A DNA stretch of 64,000 bases from Podarcis vaucheri (taxonomy: Eukaryota), in the NCBI GenBank assembly GCA_965113315.1, contig OZ220376.1, one strand, 5' to 3'. This document shows, piece by piece, positions 12,653 through 25,088 of the stretch (positions are counted from its first letter, which is position 1; every line of letters starts with the position of its first letter). The notes under the pieces are model-generated. The model was not told the origin of the DNA, searched no databases, and worked only from the letters and a program-made list of their open reading frames with translations. The position numbers were made by a program, and so were the translations under genes.

Positions 12653-13688
12653 CCTCCTGTTGACCTCACAATCCAAAAAGTTCAACAAGGTTTTCCAACT
12701 ATAGGAATATCTCTAATGTTAAAAAATAATAATTTAAAGCACTTTATTTTGGTTTACATTATAGGGCTCATTCTGGCTTACAGGTGAAGTGAAGCCGATA
12801 AAAACGCAATGGATTTTTTAAAAAACAAAAACACAAGGGGGAGGGGAGACACAATTCCAGCCTCACTGACCCTTTTCCTTCCCAGCTTCTTTTGTGTTTG
12901 TGTGTAGAATTTTGTCTGTAAATACTGTAAATTATTTATTGATGAAAAGTGCAAGTAAAACATTTTCTTCCCAACCATATGGACAGTGAATTCCTTTCTT
13001 GTGATGCAGTTTTTTGTAGGAGTGAGAAAAGTCGCAAACCATGTGCCTTCCCTGCCTTTTCATTAAGTGCTTAGCCTGCCTTCCCCCAACCCAGTGGTCT
13101 TTGGATGTTTTATGCTACTGCTCCCATCAGCCCCAGGCAGTGTGAGGTCTCTCAAAGAACTGAAACGTGTTCCCAATCTGTCCTAACCCTAGGGATGCTC
13201 ATACCTGTACAGTTTGTGTACCTGTGTACTTACTAGCTGGTCTGTGCGGATCAACAAACATACACTCTTCCCCACCAGTGTGTATATGTAGAGGCAGCTT
13301 GTACCTGTGTTCTGTGTGAATCAGCTTACTGAAACTTCCAGCTAAATTAGTAAGGAACTAACGTTGATTCCTCCCCACCCCACCCCCCACCCCTTTGTAC
13401 AAAACAAAACCACCCCATAGCCGTTCCTTTTGAGTGAGTTTTTAGAGTTGCGGCCATCAAATTTCTAGAACTTTTGCCAAGTATGTTTCAGCTGAAGTGT
13501 GATCTAGGAACTGTAAAAATACAAGCGCCCCGTTGGCTCAAGCCAGCAGCCCCTTCAGTCCATTGTCTTCTCACAGTGACCAGCCCCAGATGCCTCTGGG
13601 AATCCCTGAAAGAAGACATGAACACAACAACACTCTGCCCACTTACAGTTCTCGGCAACTGGTGTGCAGAGGCCTGCCACCTCCGATA

Positions 13689-14044
13689 GGTAAAGGCAAA
13701 GGGACCCCTTACCATTAGGTCCAGTCATGACAGACTCTGGGGTTGCGACGCTCATCTCGCTTTACTGGCCGAGGGAGCCGGTGTACAGCTTCCAGGTCAT
13801 GTGGCCAGCATGACTAAGCCGCTTCTGGCGAACCAGAGCAGTGCACGGAAACGCTGTTTACCTTCCCGCCAGAGTGGTACCTATTTATCTACTTGCACTT
13901 TTTGACGTGCTTTCGAACTGCTAGGTTGGCAGGAACAGGGACCGAGCAACGGGAGCTCACCCGGTCGCAGGGATTCGAACCGCCGACCTTCTGATCGGCA
14001 AGCCCTAGGCTCTGTGGTTTAACCCACAGCGCCACCTGCGTCCC
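13689..14044 (-). mobile_element. Sauria SINE
   Basis: Head GGGACGCAGGTGGCGCTGTGGGTTAAACC, (ACCTTT)n-type tail, TSD GCCACCTCCGATA on both sides. Confidence 0.88.
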
Positions 14045-16478
14045 TGCCACCTCCGATAAACATCCACAAACTTCAGAATTCCAGAAAACTGGCCTTATGT
14101 ATATGCTGGGTTTCTAGAGAAATGTGTCCATTGTATACCTTTGGAGATTTATCCCAAGAATAAGACGACCAAACTTCTAGATAGAGCATTTATGGAACTA
14201 AAAGGGTGCGATCCAGACTAATAATAACTACTGGGATGACAGGAGTACACACAGGGGTTTAATACCTCCCACAGACCCAACAGGTTTCAGATGAACTCTC
14301 CCTCCTTGAATACCCCCCTTCTCTTACAGTTCTGGGCCTCCTTGCGAAACCAGACTGCTCGCCCTTGCCAAGACTCTTGGAATAAATGGCTGAGTCAGTG
14401 TTTCCATTATAAAATCTGTCTCTATGGGGAACACGTCTCAGCTGTGAAATTTCACTCCTGGTTCCAGTGCTTACAGGTGTGGAAAATCTTTTGTTAGGCT
14501 CTCTCCTCCTGTCCTCTCGCTATGAATGACCTGCTGCATGAAAATGCTTTTATTTCTGCTCTTACTCAACTCTGAGGAATCCCAGGGTGTAAGGCAGAGC
14601 CCCAGTGGAGGAAGCTTCACGGAAGATGGGAAGCAGCCAGGCAAGTTAAGCACCTGTGTGAGTTGAGCAACAGGGCAAGGCCAGTAAATCCCTTTTGGTC
14701 TCAACAAAGCCAGGTTTCCAAGAAAACAAGCCCAACCAACAACCAAACAAAACTGTTTCTGAAGGCAGGAAGCCAGTTAGTTGGGGGTGGACTTCCCCCA
14801 TCTGATGCGCTATGTACAACTGCCCAAGGGACAGAAGTCAGAGGTGTGTGTTCCGTAAAATGCGCTGGCCTGGAAAGGCTAAGTAAGGCAGAGGATTAAA
14901 GACCAGGGCTGCCAGGATATACTCAAGGCATCCTATTCCGCTGCTGAGCGCTGCTCCACTGTCACTTAAGAAGGAGTCCTGTTGGAGCAGGCCAAAGACC
15001 CATCTTGTCCAATATCCTGTCACTAAACTTTAAAGTCTGTTACAAAAAGTGATGTGGAAAGACAGCTCTAGCCAGAAAGAGCCAGCTCCTAAGGTATTCC
15101 CTCCCCCTCCAAGCTGCTAATGTCTGCCCCTTTCTAAACCTACATATACTTGTCAATGCAGGGTGACATTTCATGTTATCTGAAGAAATGATTGGTGCAT
15201 GAAAGCTAATGCCATAGAATCACAGAATTACAGAGTTGGAAAGGACCTCAAAGGTCATCGAGTCCAACCCCTTGCAATGCAGGAATCTCAACTCAAGGAT
15301 CCCTGACAGAAGGCTATCCAACCTCTGCTTGAAAACCTTCAGTGAAAGAGTCCACTACCTTCCAGTTTAATGGAAGCCTGGTAGCCAATGCCTACAAATA
15401 TGGAAACTAAAACTCAAGATTCTAAAATATTGCCATAAGTAGACATACAACATGCCATCATGTTATAACTGTCGTCTTCTATGTCAACGGATTCATTTAT
15501 CACATTTTTGGCTGACCCCATGAAGTCATCCGAGCTGTTTTTCAGTCTGAGGGCCACAATTCTCTAGCCTCAATCCAGGCAGGCAAAAAGCAGTGTTAGA
15601 ATTCAAGCACACAGGCCAGCCAGGCAAAAAAAAAAAACAAACCCAGGGAAGTGCAAAGCAGGGTGAATTTTTGTGTGTGTGTGTGTGCTTCAGAGTCCTG
15701 AGGGCCATATAGAGATAGACTTGGAGGCCACACTTGAGGCCTAATGTTGCCCATTCAGACGAGGTTCTCCATCCTGATCTATTGAATTGCAGTGTATTTA
15801 TGTACAGGCCTCTTCAATATCTGGGAATTGGGCCAGTTTGCTCAGATACTAGCCAGGAGACAACACCCATGAAAGGTCATTTGTCAGGCAAGCTTTATAC
15901 AGACGTAGTGCTTGCAACACAAATGGTGAGTTGGTGCAGGATCATGATGAAAAGGTCAGATTCAAGAATATTCTGAAACTTGGGAGCTTGAGCATCTGAC
16001 AAACGATTTAAGGAGCATTTTTTAAGATTCTGGCAGGCAGGATACCCCTCGCTCATCATCCCGCTGTTACATGTGCACATAAAATGAGGTTTTCAATGAA
16101 GTGGTGAGCCTCATTTTGGAAAACGTGTGCCTACACGGTGGGTTCATCCAGAAAAATGTCCTGCATTTTCTGCACAGGAAGTAGGGAAGACCAAGATTTA
16201 TATCCTGCCTTTCATCCAAGAAACTCGAGGAAACAGAGCATTCTCCCCCTCGCCGAGTGCTTCATGGGTGAGAGAAAGTATGTGTGTGAGAACGTGTGCC
16301 CGTACATGCAGTCCTGCATGTGAGAGTGTGTTTGGACATGTCTGCTGTAGCCTGGAATCAGTCCAGGTAAGCCAAACCTCAAAACCGTCCAACAAACTGA
16401 CACAAGGAACTCATCGCGCGGCGGTAGCAAACAGAAAACAAGCAGTCAGTCCAATTTCTGAAAATGTCCATGTCACAT

Positions 16479-16484
16479 TTTAAT
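16479..16484 (-). terminator. CHD2: Putative CHD2 polyadenylation signal ATTAAA
   Basis: Minus-strand ATTAAA with several upstream TGTA motifs (TGTAAATA at 16553-16560) and a downstream GT/T-rich tract. Confidence 0.6.
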
Positions 16485-16979
16485 ATACAAGAATCCAAAG
16501 TACAGCCTACAATGTAGGAAATTTTTTTTAATACATACTCTATAAACAAACATATTTACATCAGAAATCACTGGGACAGTGGCAATTCTTTTTGTCACAA
16601 ATATAAATTAATTATCAATAACTGGTTGCGGCTGTTGTTGTTTTTCTTTTAGCCGGTGGGGTAATGTTCTGTTTCTCCCTCCCCCTCAGAAATCCACAGC
16701 TTAGTCCTTCCGGTCTGTAGATATTGGAGAAAATGGGTGGGGGACAATACTGCCATGCAGATGTCGGGAATGGGCCCCAGAAATAATCTTCCTCCCCCAT
16801 TCCCAAATCCATCAAGAATTCATCCAAACTGGGATCCAAACCCAGCGCTACTTCCTCAATCCTGGCACACAGCAGACAATACAGATTCTAACATATGCAG
16901 TTAATGTTCTTTCCTGGGAAAACGAGAAATGAGAATCAACCTACAGTGGGGGAGTGCATTTCCCCCCCAAGCCCTGGTG

Positions 16980-17379
16980 TTTCAGTAACAGGACCTGAAC
17001 ATCTCCAACTGTAGGTGCCTGAGACTATATGCAAGTCTCGGGCACCTACAGGTGGAGATGCTCAAGTCCTGCAAGGCTTGGCACCTGTGGGTTTGCCTCT
17101 GTTGAACAGTGGAGGTTTGGCATAGGGGTGAGGGAGGAGTGGGGAGGAGCAAGTCCTGAGATGAATGGTGCAGCCTTTCAGTAACAGGACCTGAACATCT
17201 CCAACTGTAGGCGCCCGAGACTTGCATATATATATGTGTGCAAGTCTCAGGCACCTACAGTTGGAGATGTTCAGGTCCTGTTACTGAAAGGCTGCGCCAG
17301 CCACCTCGGGACTTGTTCCCCACCACCCACCCCTCATCCCTATGCCAAACCTCCACTGTTCAAGAGGGGCAAACCCACA
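16980..17379. repeat. Four-arm inverted repeat in the CHD2 3' UTR
   Basis: Hairpin 16989-17071 and palindrome 17086-17379 share the same approximately 47-nt unit. Confidence 0.9.
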
Positions 17380-17829
17380 CAGTCCAGCACCTCCGTTCCC
17401 ATTCTCCATCCCAGCCAACGACTTGGATCTCCATAGCGAGGCCATATAGGTCTCTTTCCTCCGTCTGTGCCTCAGGCAGCCATCGATTCAAGTTCCATGA
17501 AATGTCCATGGGAGACCACTTAGGCCTCAAGATACAGAAAACAAAACAAAAACCCAGGGTGGGCCTGGCCTTTTCCCCGCAACAGGTCACTCGAGTGAAG
17601 GGAAGTCAACTCCCCAAACATTTGGCCAGCAGGATTATGTGAGGAGAGATTGGGGCAGAAATCCAGGCAACCCCCCCACGATTGGTCCAGCTCTTATGAT
17701 CCTTCTGCAAATGTAGGACCCAACAGCAGCAGGTTCAGAGTCTCTGGTTACGAACCACAGCAGCTGCCATTTTACCTCAGGCCAAATTACCTCAGATGAG
17801 GTCCTAGCCTGATCTCCCAACCATGAAAT

Positions 17830-18163
17830 CTAAGTTTTCCGGCTGCTCCAGTTATAATCTGGATTGTTCTTTTGTTCTAATGACCTGTCTAGGGGTGACC
17901 GGTGATCTAGAGGGGACTTGGTGTCGTGTGGGGATTTCTGTGAGGGTGGGGAGCGAGGGTCCGAGACTTGGGAGTGAGGAGGGGGGAGAAGCTGTTTGTA
18001 ATCCGGCGATTTGTCCAGGTGGAAAGGCCGGTAATGGTCTGAGGGGCCCTGGCCATGGTAGCCCATGGAAGGCCTATGGTCAGGCATCCTCCTGAAGTCC
18101 TGTTGGTGGTAATTCTGAGACCGGAACTCGTCTGATCTCCGTCGCTTCGAATCATGGTGATGC
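17830..18163 (-). CDS. CHD2: CHD2 last coding exon (human exon 39 equivalent)
   Basis: cctag| acceptor; [14 protein letters not shown]...[29 protein letters not shown], the CHD2 C-terminus. Confidence 0.95.
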
Positions 18164-18969
18164 CTAGGCAGAAGCAAGCACAGAGAGCAGTTGGCTCAGA
18201 AGTGGGGACTGAGGAAACATCCCATTCCCAGATGGCCGGGCCCAGATGGTGGGAGCCATAGTCCATAGGGCACCAGGTTGGTTTCTCAACATGGTTTGTT
18301 TGGAGAGAAGTAAATCACAGGCCCATGTCCGCATGCAATGACCCACCTGCAGACCATAGTGACCTGGGGCAGTTTGTATGGGAGAAAGCAGTCCCCAACT
18401 AGCTCCCCCCTCGCATCTTTTGGGAAGTGCAGGGAGAAAAAGGGACACAGTCCAAATGAGGGCTCCATGTCTACCGAAACAAGACCATGTCCAACCCATT
18501 CAAATAATCAAGAAAACATTTCGCGTTCCAGCCAGTGGTAAAGGGAAGTTGCCTTCCCCTGATCTCAGTTGGCCTCACTCTGTAACGGTGTTCTGACTGC
18601 GCCCCCCCCCCCCGAGTTCCTCAAGACACAGTAATTGACAGGAGGTGGCTGAGAGCAGGAGATCATCCTATTGCTAGTCTACACGTGGCACTGCTTCCAG
18701 TCCACTGCAAGTCGTCTTCTGCCCAGAACCATGTTATTTGTCTGACTGTGGTGAAATTACGCAACTTACGTAAATAATTATGTAAATGCATTCCATCGTC
18801 ATGACGTTATTCTACCCTGCTCGTTTCAATGCAAAGGAAATTCAGTGCATAAGGGGGGGGGGAGTGATCTAATGTTTGTCTTTAGCGACCGGGGGGAGGG
18901 GGCGGTTGTTCCACCAAGTGAGCGCATGTGCTTTTTGCAGACGGACAAGGAAAACGATGTTACCTTGTA

Positions 18970-19233
18970 CAGTGGTACCTCGCAAGACGAATGCCTCGCA
19001 AGACGAAAAGCTTGCAAGACAAAAGAGTTTTTCGTTTTTTGAGTTGCTTCGCAAGACGAATTTCCCTATGGGCTTGCTTCACAAGACGAAAACGTCTTGC
19101 AAGTTTGTTTCCTTTTTCCTATGGGAAACCGTTTCAATGCATTCCTATGGGAAACCGTGCTTCACAAGACGAAAAATTCGCAAAACGAAAAAACTCGCAG
19201 AACGAATTAATTTCGTCTTGCGAGGCACCACTG
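18970..19233. mobile_element. Tc1/mariner-type MITE
   Basis: TA|CAGTGGTACCTCGCAAGACGAA...TTCGTCTTGCGAGGCACCACTG|TA. Confidence 0.88.
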
Positions 19234-19682
19234 TATGTTTCTCTACTGCACTGGCTGACAGGAAATTAAGAGCCAAACTTGTGGCTCAAGTCTTTTTTCT
19301 CTGTTTTGGCTTACAGCTAAACAAAACTGTTCCTACTACTACTAATCAACTGCGTATGGTTTGTGAACTGAAAACAAAAACAACAGTGAATACAGATTGC
19401 ATTTACTGGACTGATTTCAGTCCTGAATGTGGGATGAATAAGTGAACACTGGGCATCTCCACTCCCGCTTCTCCCATTTTTGTTGGAATACTCTGATGTC
19501 GCTGCTCAATGCTGGGGCCTGGCTAGAAATTAAGTTGTCACCTCATTCAACAAAGCCAGGCCTCCACCTAGTGGCCAGTGCTGGGGGCGAGGAGGACATG
19601 AAACAGCTCAGGGCAGAGCTGGAGAGGCCTGGTTGCTGAGTGCAGGGAATCGGCTACCCAAGTTCTGCTGCTGGCGGCTCAC

Positions 19683-19932
19683 CTGTCGTAATAGTCCCTG
19701 TGGCCCCGGTGATCTCGGTCACTGTTGTACTGTTCATATGGCCGCTTGCGGCTTGGGTTGTTCAGCCGGTAGTTGCGAGGTTCACCACGAGGCTCGCCAC
19801 GCGGCCGGCGGTCTCCATAGTGGTGCTCTTTGTACCAATGCGGTTCATACTGATGATGCCGTTCTCCGCCCCACACTTGGTTGCTGTTGCCGCCGTAGCT
19901 GAATTTGCGGTCTCTCTGCCAGTCACCTCTCT
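19683..19932 (-). CDS. CHD2: CHD2 exon 38 equivalent
   Basis: AG/GT bounded; ERGDWQRDRKFSYGG...DRDHRGHRDYYDR; phases match neighbours. Confidence 0.93.
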
Positions 19933-20189
19933 CTGCACAAACAGAAGGGAGGGGAAGGCTCGACTCGGTTTCACGAAACGCCCCTGAATGGGCAAGGACA
20001 GGATCCCTAGGGGTCCCTGGAAGCTGATGCGTGCGATGGGGGTTCTCCACGATCAGATCAGTCACAATGGACTGTACAAAGCCTGCCTGTCCCTCCGTAC
20101 AAACCCTTAAGCCAAAATGTATAATAGGCTTTTATACTTTGTGAAGCACTTATAAGCCTTGTTTTGGAATGAGCAGTATAAGGTTACAG

Positions 20190-20562
20190 GTAAAGGACCC
20201 CTGGACAGTTAAGTCCAGTCAAAGGCGACTATGGGGTTGCGCCGCTCATCTCACTTTCAGGCCGAGGGAGCTGGCATTTGTCCACAGACACCTTTCCAGG
20301 TCACGTGTCCAGCATGGCTAAAACGCATCTGGTGCAACGGAACACCATGACAGAAACCAGAGCGCACGGAAATGCTGTTTACTTTCTCGCCGCAGTGGTG
20401 CCTATTTATCTACTTGCACTGGTGTGCTTTTGAACTGCTAGGTTGGCAGGAGCTAGGACAGAGCAAGAGGAGCTCACCCCATCACACAGATTCAAACTGC
20501 CGACCTTTTGATCAGCAAGCCCAAGAGGCTCAGTGGTTAAGACCACAGCGCCTCCCGCTCCC
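20190..20562 (-). mobile_element. Sauria SINE (more diverged)
   Basis: Similar along its length to 13689-14044. Confidence 0.8.
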
Positions 20563-20961
20563 TTTACAGATAAATAAACACAACTTCTGAAATGGCATTT
20601 TTTTACAATAAAAGATTCCTGAAGGCATCTTGAGGCAAAAAATTTTTAAAGGACAATAATAAGCTCAGAGCCTCCTGCCCCTACCAGCATTCTTGCCATG
20701 GTATTTTGCACTAGTTGCAATTTCCAGGCTGTCTTCAAGGGCTGACCCACATAGAGTGAATTATAGTAGTCCACCCCTGGAGGCTGATGGATCCTCCCTG
20801 TTAACTGGCCATACTGGCTTGGGCTGACAGGACTTGAGCAACATCTGGAAGAAGCCAGGTTGGGGAGCAATGGCCATCCACTCAATCTGGAGGGAGGGAG
20901 AAGTTCTACCCAGAGGAGTAAGGAGAGAAGGCTCTTTGTGGGCTCCTGCTTGGTCTCTGAC

Positions 20962-21172
20962 CTGCACTGCTGAAATGCCTCTTGTTTGGGTTGTTGTAGT
21001 TCTCCCGCTGGTGCCCGTGCATTTGGGAAGGATGCGACGTCGGAGGCTGGTGGAGCTTCTGAGCATGAGGTCCATGAGGTATCTGAGACATCACAGAATC
21101 TCGGCCGGACCCAGATGCCTCCGACCGAAACGGTTTCTTGCCTCCCAGGGCCTCCTCCCTTTTCCTCTGTTC
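20962..21172 (-). CDS. CHD2: CHD2 exon 37 equivalent (NAGNAG alternative start at 21175)
   Basis: [21 protein letters not shown]...[10 protein letters not shown]; donor GCAG|gtcaga. Confidence 0.9.
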
Positions 21173-22635
21173 CTGCTGAGGATGACGAGGGGAGGGGGAC
21201 AGTTAATTCACAATAAAAGGCTCCTGGCATTGACTGAGTCACCTGAGGACAGCGCGAATGGGCCCTTCCCACACAAATCTTGTCGTGAGAACATAGGAAG
21301 AACTGGATCAGGCCAGGGACTCTTCTAGCACAGCATCCAGTTCTCACAGCAGCCAACCAGAGGCCTCCATGGGAACTCCCAAAGCTGGACTTCAGTGCAA
21401 TAGTAGATCTCCCCTCCTGTGAGCGCCAGAGACTAGTATTGAGGCATAAGGCCTGACTGCGGAGGCAGAGCATAGGCATAGCCATTGTTGCTGGTAGCTA
21501 TTGATAACCCACACATTTGCCCAATCCATCCAAGATGGTGGCCAATCTGCCTCCTGTGGGAGTGAGTTCCACAGTTTAACTATGCTGCTGAATGAGGAAG
21601 TCCTTTCTTATGTCTGTCCTGAAACTCCCAACATTCAGCTTCAGTGGAGCTCTAGTATTACGAGAAAAAATGAAAAACCTCCCTCTGCTCACTATCTCTC
21701 CACACCAGAGGATCCCAACCTTTTTTTTAGTACGGTGAGCTGCTGGTCCAAATTTACTCAGAATGGCGACCCATTGATTCGATTGTCATGTGAATTTTGA
21801 ACTTTGCATCTTCAGCATCCATCAATCTGGTGCATTTTAACTGCTGGTTTGCCTATTTTTTTGCCATTACTTGAGGCCTCCAAGCAAAAAGTTTACTTAA
21901 CGTCCCTATCAATCTGGACTTCACTGAAATTGTTATAGTACTAAACAAAGTTATTCAGAGTTTTTATTCATGGGCAGGTAAGCACGCCATCTGTGTTCGC
22001 TGTTAAAGTCTACACAGCCTTGAGACTCACTTGTGGACCCACTGCCCTAAACCACACATAGCTTTATGTACCTCTTATCCAGCATATCTCCCCTTATTTT
22101 TCAAAGCAAACAAATGACCTCCCCAAAACCGCAACTTTTCCTTGCAGGACCGTTGCTCCAACCCTCTTCTGGCTCTATAGTCTCCTTACTGAGCCTTCTG
22201 ACTCCCAGCTAGCCCATGCAAAAGATGCAGAGAGTGTCTGGGAGCAAAAGAGAATACTGTACATCTGCAGACCAAATCAAGAAAGCTTTGCCCAGGCTCC
22301 TTCTGGTTTCTAAGGGTGCATCACAGAATCACAGAATGACAGAGGTGGAAGGGATCCCAAGGGCACCGCCTATTTTCTACAGCAGCCTTCACCAACCTGG
22401 TGCCCCCTCCAGATGTTTTAGACCACAACTCCCATCAGCCCCAGCATCACAAAGCTAGCTGTCCAGAGTTGTGCTCCAAAACGTCTTGAAAACACCAGCT
22501 TGGCGAAGCCTGTTCTACAGGACAAATCTCCTTTGCTTATTTTTTTAAAATTAGATTTGTATCCTGCCTTTCAGTGACAAGAGCCAAGCGCTCTCTCTCC
22601 CCCCCCCCACCCCTCTCTCAGTTTTTCAGACTCAC

Positions 22636-22735
22636 CTCCTCATCCTGCGACCGCTTCTTGTGAGCCATCTTGTACAACTTGTGCAACTTTCTCGCGTCAA
22701 ATTCTGTGAACTTGGACACAAATATCCACAGGTTC
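22636..22735 (-). CDS. CHD2: CHD2 exon 36 equivalent
   Basis: [33 protein letters not shown] (CHD1/2 C-terminal helical domain); canonical sites. Confidence 0.95.
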
Positions 22736-23914
22736 CTGGAAGGAGGCGAATGGATTTCATTTTTTTTCATTTTCCCCCTTTAGTGAACTGACAGAACAGC
22801 AATTTGCTTACCCCTTTCCTCTATCAGTCTAGCCCGGATGAGGCCCCCATCCCCTGATTCCACCTGAATGCAGTCTATCTGGAGATCACCCAGCTGAGAC
22901 TGGAGAGGCACACTCTGCATATGCTCAGGAGGCATCTCTTCTCTTTGGGATGACTTTGTACATTCAAGGCCTGAGCCATGCAGAACCTCAAATCAAATAT
23001 AACCCAAGAAATCCAGGCCTGCTGTGCTGTGTGTGGCAATAATGTTATAGTTTTTATTCTTACAAATCTAAATTCTTCCCGCCCCCTCCCCAATCATTTT
23101 TATTAAACCTCCAAAAATATTCCAGAACGTTATACATTTTTAAAGCTGTTTCTTCTTGACTTCCTACCCTGCCCTTCCCTGATGTTTGGTTTTTTTACTC
23201 CATTTTATTAGCCGTTTTACAACACATGTTTTTACTATCTAAACTCAGGTATCGTTAATTCCTTCATTTAAAAAAACCCCTAAATCTAAATTCTAAGCCA
23301 AAGCAACCAATATTTAGCAAAATATTTTGAAATGTAAAAGCTCAGTGGGAGAGCATCTGTTTTGCAAGCAGACGGTCCCAGATTCAATGCCCAGCATCTC
23401 TACCTAGGGACACGATGCCCCCTGCCTGAAACCCTGGAGAGCTGCTGCCAATCAGAGATGATGCTGCTGAGCTAGATGGACCAATGATCTTACTCGGTAT
23501 AAGGCGACTTCCTACATTTTGCACTCACTATATTGCATTTCTGCCAGGGTAGCTTACAGCACAGGGTGCGTTGTGTACCTTGTCCTTACTGTTAAGTTGC
23601 TTGGAGACCTTCAGGTGACGAGCAACTAGTAAGTCTAATAAATGAAATGACTAGGAAGCTTCTTTATAAAAGAAGCAGACCACTGATCCTTCTACCTGAA
23701 TGTTGTTCACACTGACCAGCAGCAGCTCTCCAGGGCTTTAGAGAGGCAGCCTTTCCAAGCCCTACCAGGAATAGCTGGGGATTGAACTTGGGGATTTCTG
23801 CACACAAAGTGGGATGCTCTTTCCCCCAAAGGTATAGGGACTGAAGAAACTACCTCGTACCAAGTCAGATCTATGGTCCACTAAGGTCCATACAGACCGG
23901 CAGATCTCCAAGGG

Positions 23915-23915
<1 letters not shown>

Positions 23916-23967
<52 letters not shown>

Positions 23968-24050
23968 TTATTTATACCCCGCCCATCTGGCTGGGCTTCC
24001 CCAGCCACTCTGGGCGGCTTCCAAAAAATATATTAAAATACTGTACTACA
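23916..24050 (-). mobile_element. L2-type 3' tail with (AAT)n microsatellite
   Basis: Reverse complement of the 49620-49685 terminus plus (AAT)n at 23916-23967. Confidence 0.75.
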
Positions 24051-24267
24051 TCAAACATGGATCAAACATGGATCAAACCTGGGACCTCCTGCATGAGGAG
24101 CAGCTGTTCCTTGAAGACCCGCTGCCAGTCAAGGTAGACAATACACAGCTAGGTGGGCCAAGGTTGTAAACCAACTTCCTTAAACCTGACCTCAGTAGCT
24201 AACCAGCGTCAGAGCGCAGTGGAAGGCCTGACAGGCAGGAAGACAGGCGGGCAGGTGGAGCTGGTTA

Positions 24268-24483
<216 letters not shown>

Positions 24484-24953
24484 TTATTGAGGATTTATTT
24501 ACCGCCTTCCTACAGGGGGCAGCCCTAGCCATCTTTTGAAAATTGTGAATTCGGGATTATTTGTGCTCATGCCACCACATATGGGACAGAACCTCCAACA
24601 TTCATTCTGCCTTTTCAACATTTTCCACAGCTGGTGCGCTCCAGGTGTTTTGAACTACAGCTCCCATCAGCCCTGGCCAATGCATGCTGGGAGTTGTAGT
24701 CCAAACCACCCGCCATAAACCCAACCTGCTCATACCACTGCCTACTGTGCCTTGCTTAAGGGTTTCTTGAAATACAAAGCCGTATATAAAATGCTTCTAA
24801 ATAAATGAATGAAAAGGTACATGCTGCTGACTTGAATCAAGTAGCTTGCAAAAATTCTGAAGCGCAAAGATGAGATCAACTAGTTTAAACCTCATGGGGC
24901 TGGAATGATGAATGGGACCACTTTCTCTCTGAACCCCAGCAGGAAATACTTAC

Positions 24954-25088
24954 TATGCTGAATGTTTCCTGGTCCAAGTCATCCTCTTCCTCTTCTCCAA
25001 TGGGGATGGGCTCACTCCCAGCTGTAATGTGGACGGGGCCCTGAGATCGCTTCCCTTTGCCTGCAGATTTGGCATCGCTGCCTTTGGC
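24954..25088 (-). CDS. CHD2: CHD2 exon 34 equivalent
   Basis: [27 protein letters not shown]...DLDQETFSI; canonical sites. Confidence 0.95.

Larger units (their letters stand above)
8643..12985 (+). other. RGMA: Putative RGMA 3' UTR (end uncertain)
   Basis: Follows the stop codon. Candidate poly(A) signals are AATAAA at 10608-10613 and AGTAAA at 12954-12959; the latter has upstream TGTA motifs (TGTAAATA 12917-12924) and downstream T/GT-rich sequence. Confidence 0.45.
16460..17829 (-). other. CHD2: Putative CHD2 3' UTR
   Basis: Lies between the CHD2 stop (17830-17832) and an ATTAAA signal; low in recognisable transposons. Confidence 0.65.

Noticed and set aside
18970-19233. CRISPR-like array of GCAAGACGAA repeats
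   Set aside because: Irregular spacing inside a TA-flanked MITE, eukaryotic context and no cas genes.
20646-21485. 279-aa minus-strand ORF as a novel gene
   Set aside because: It joins a CR1-like repeat, an off-frame reading of CHD2 exon 37 and an L2 remnant (LQLVQN).
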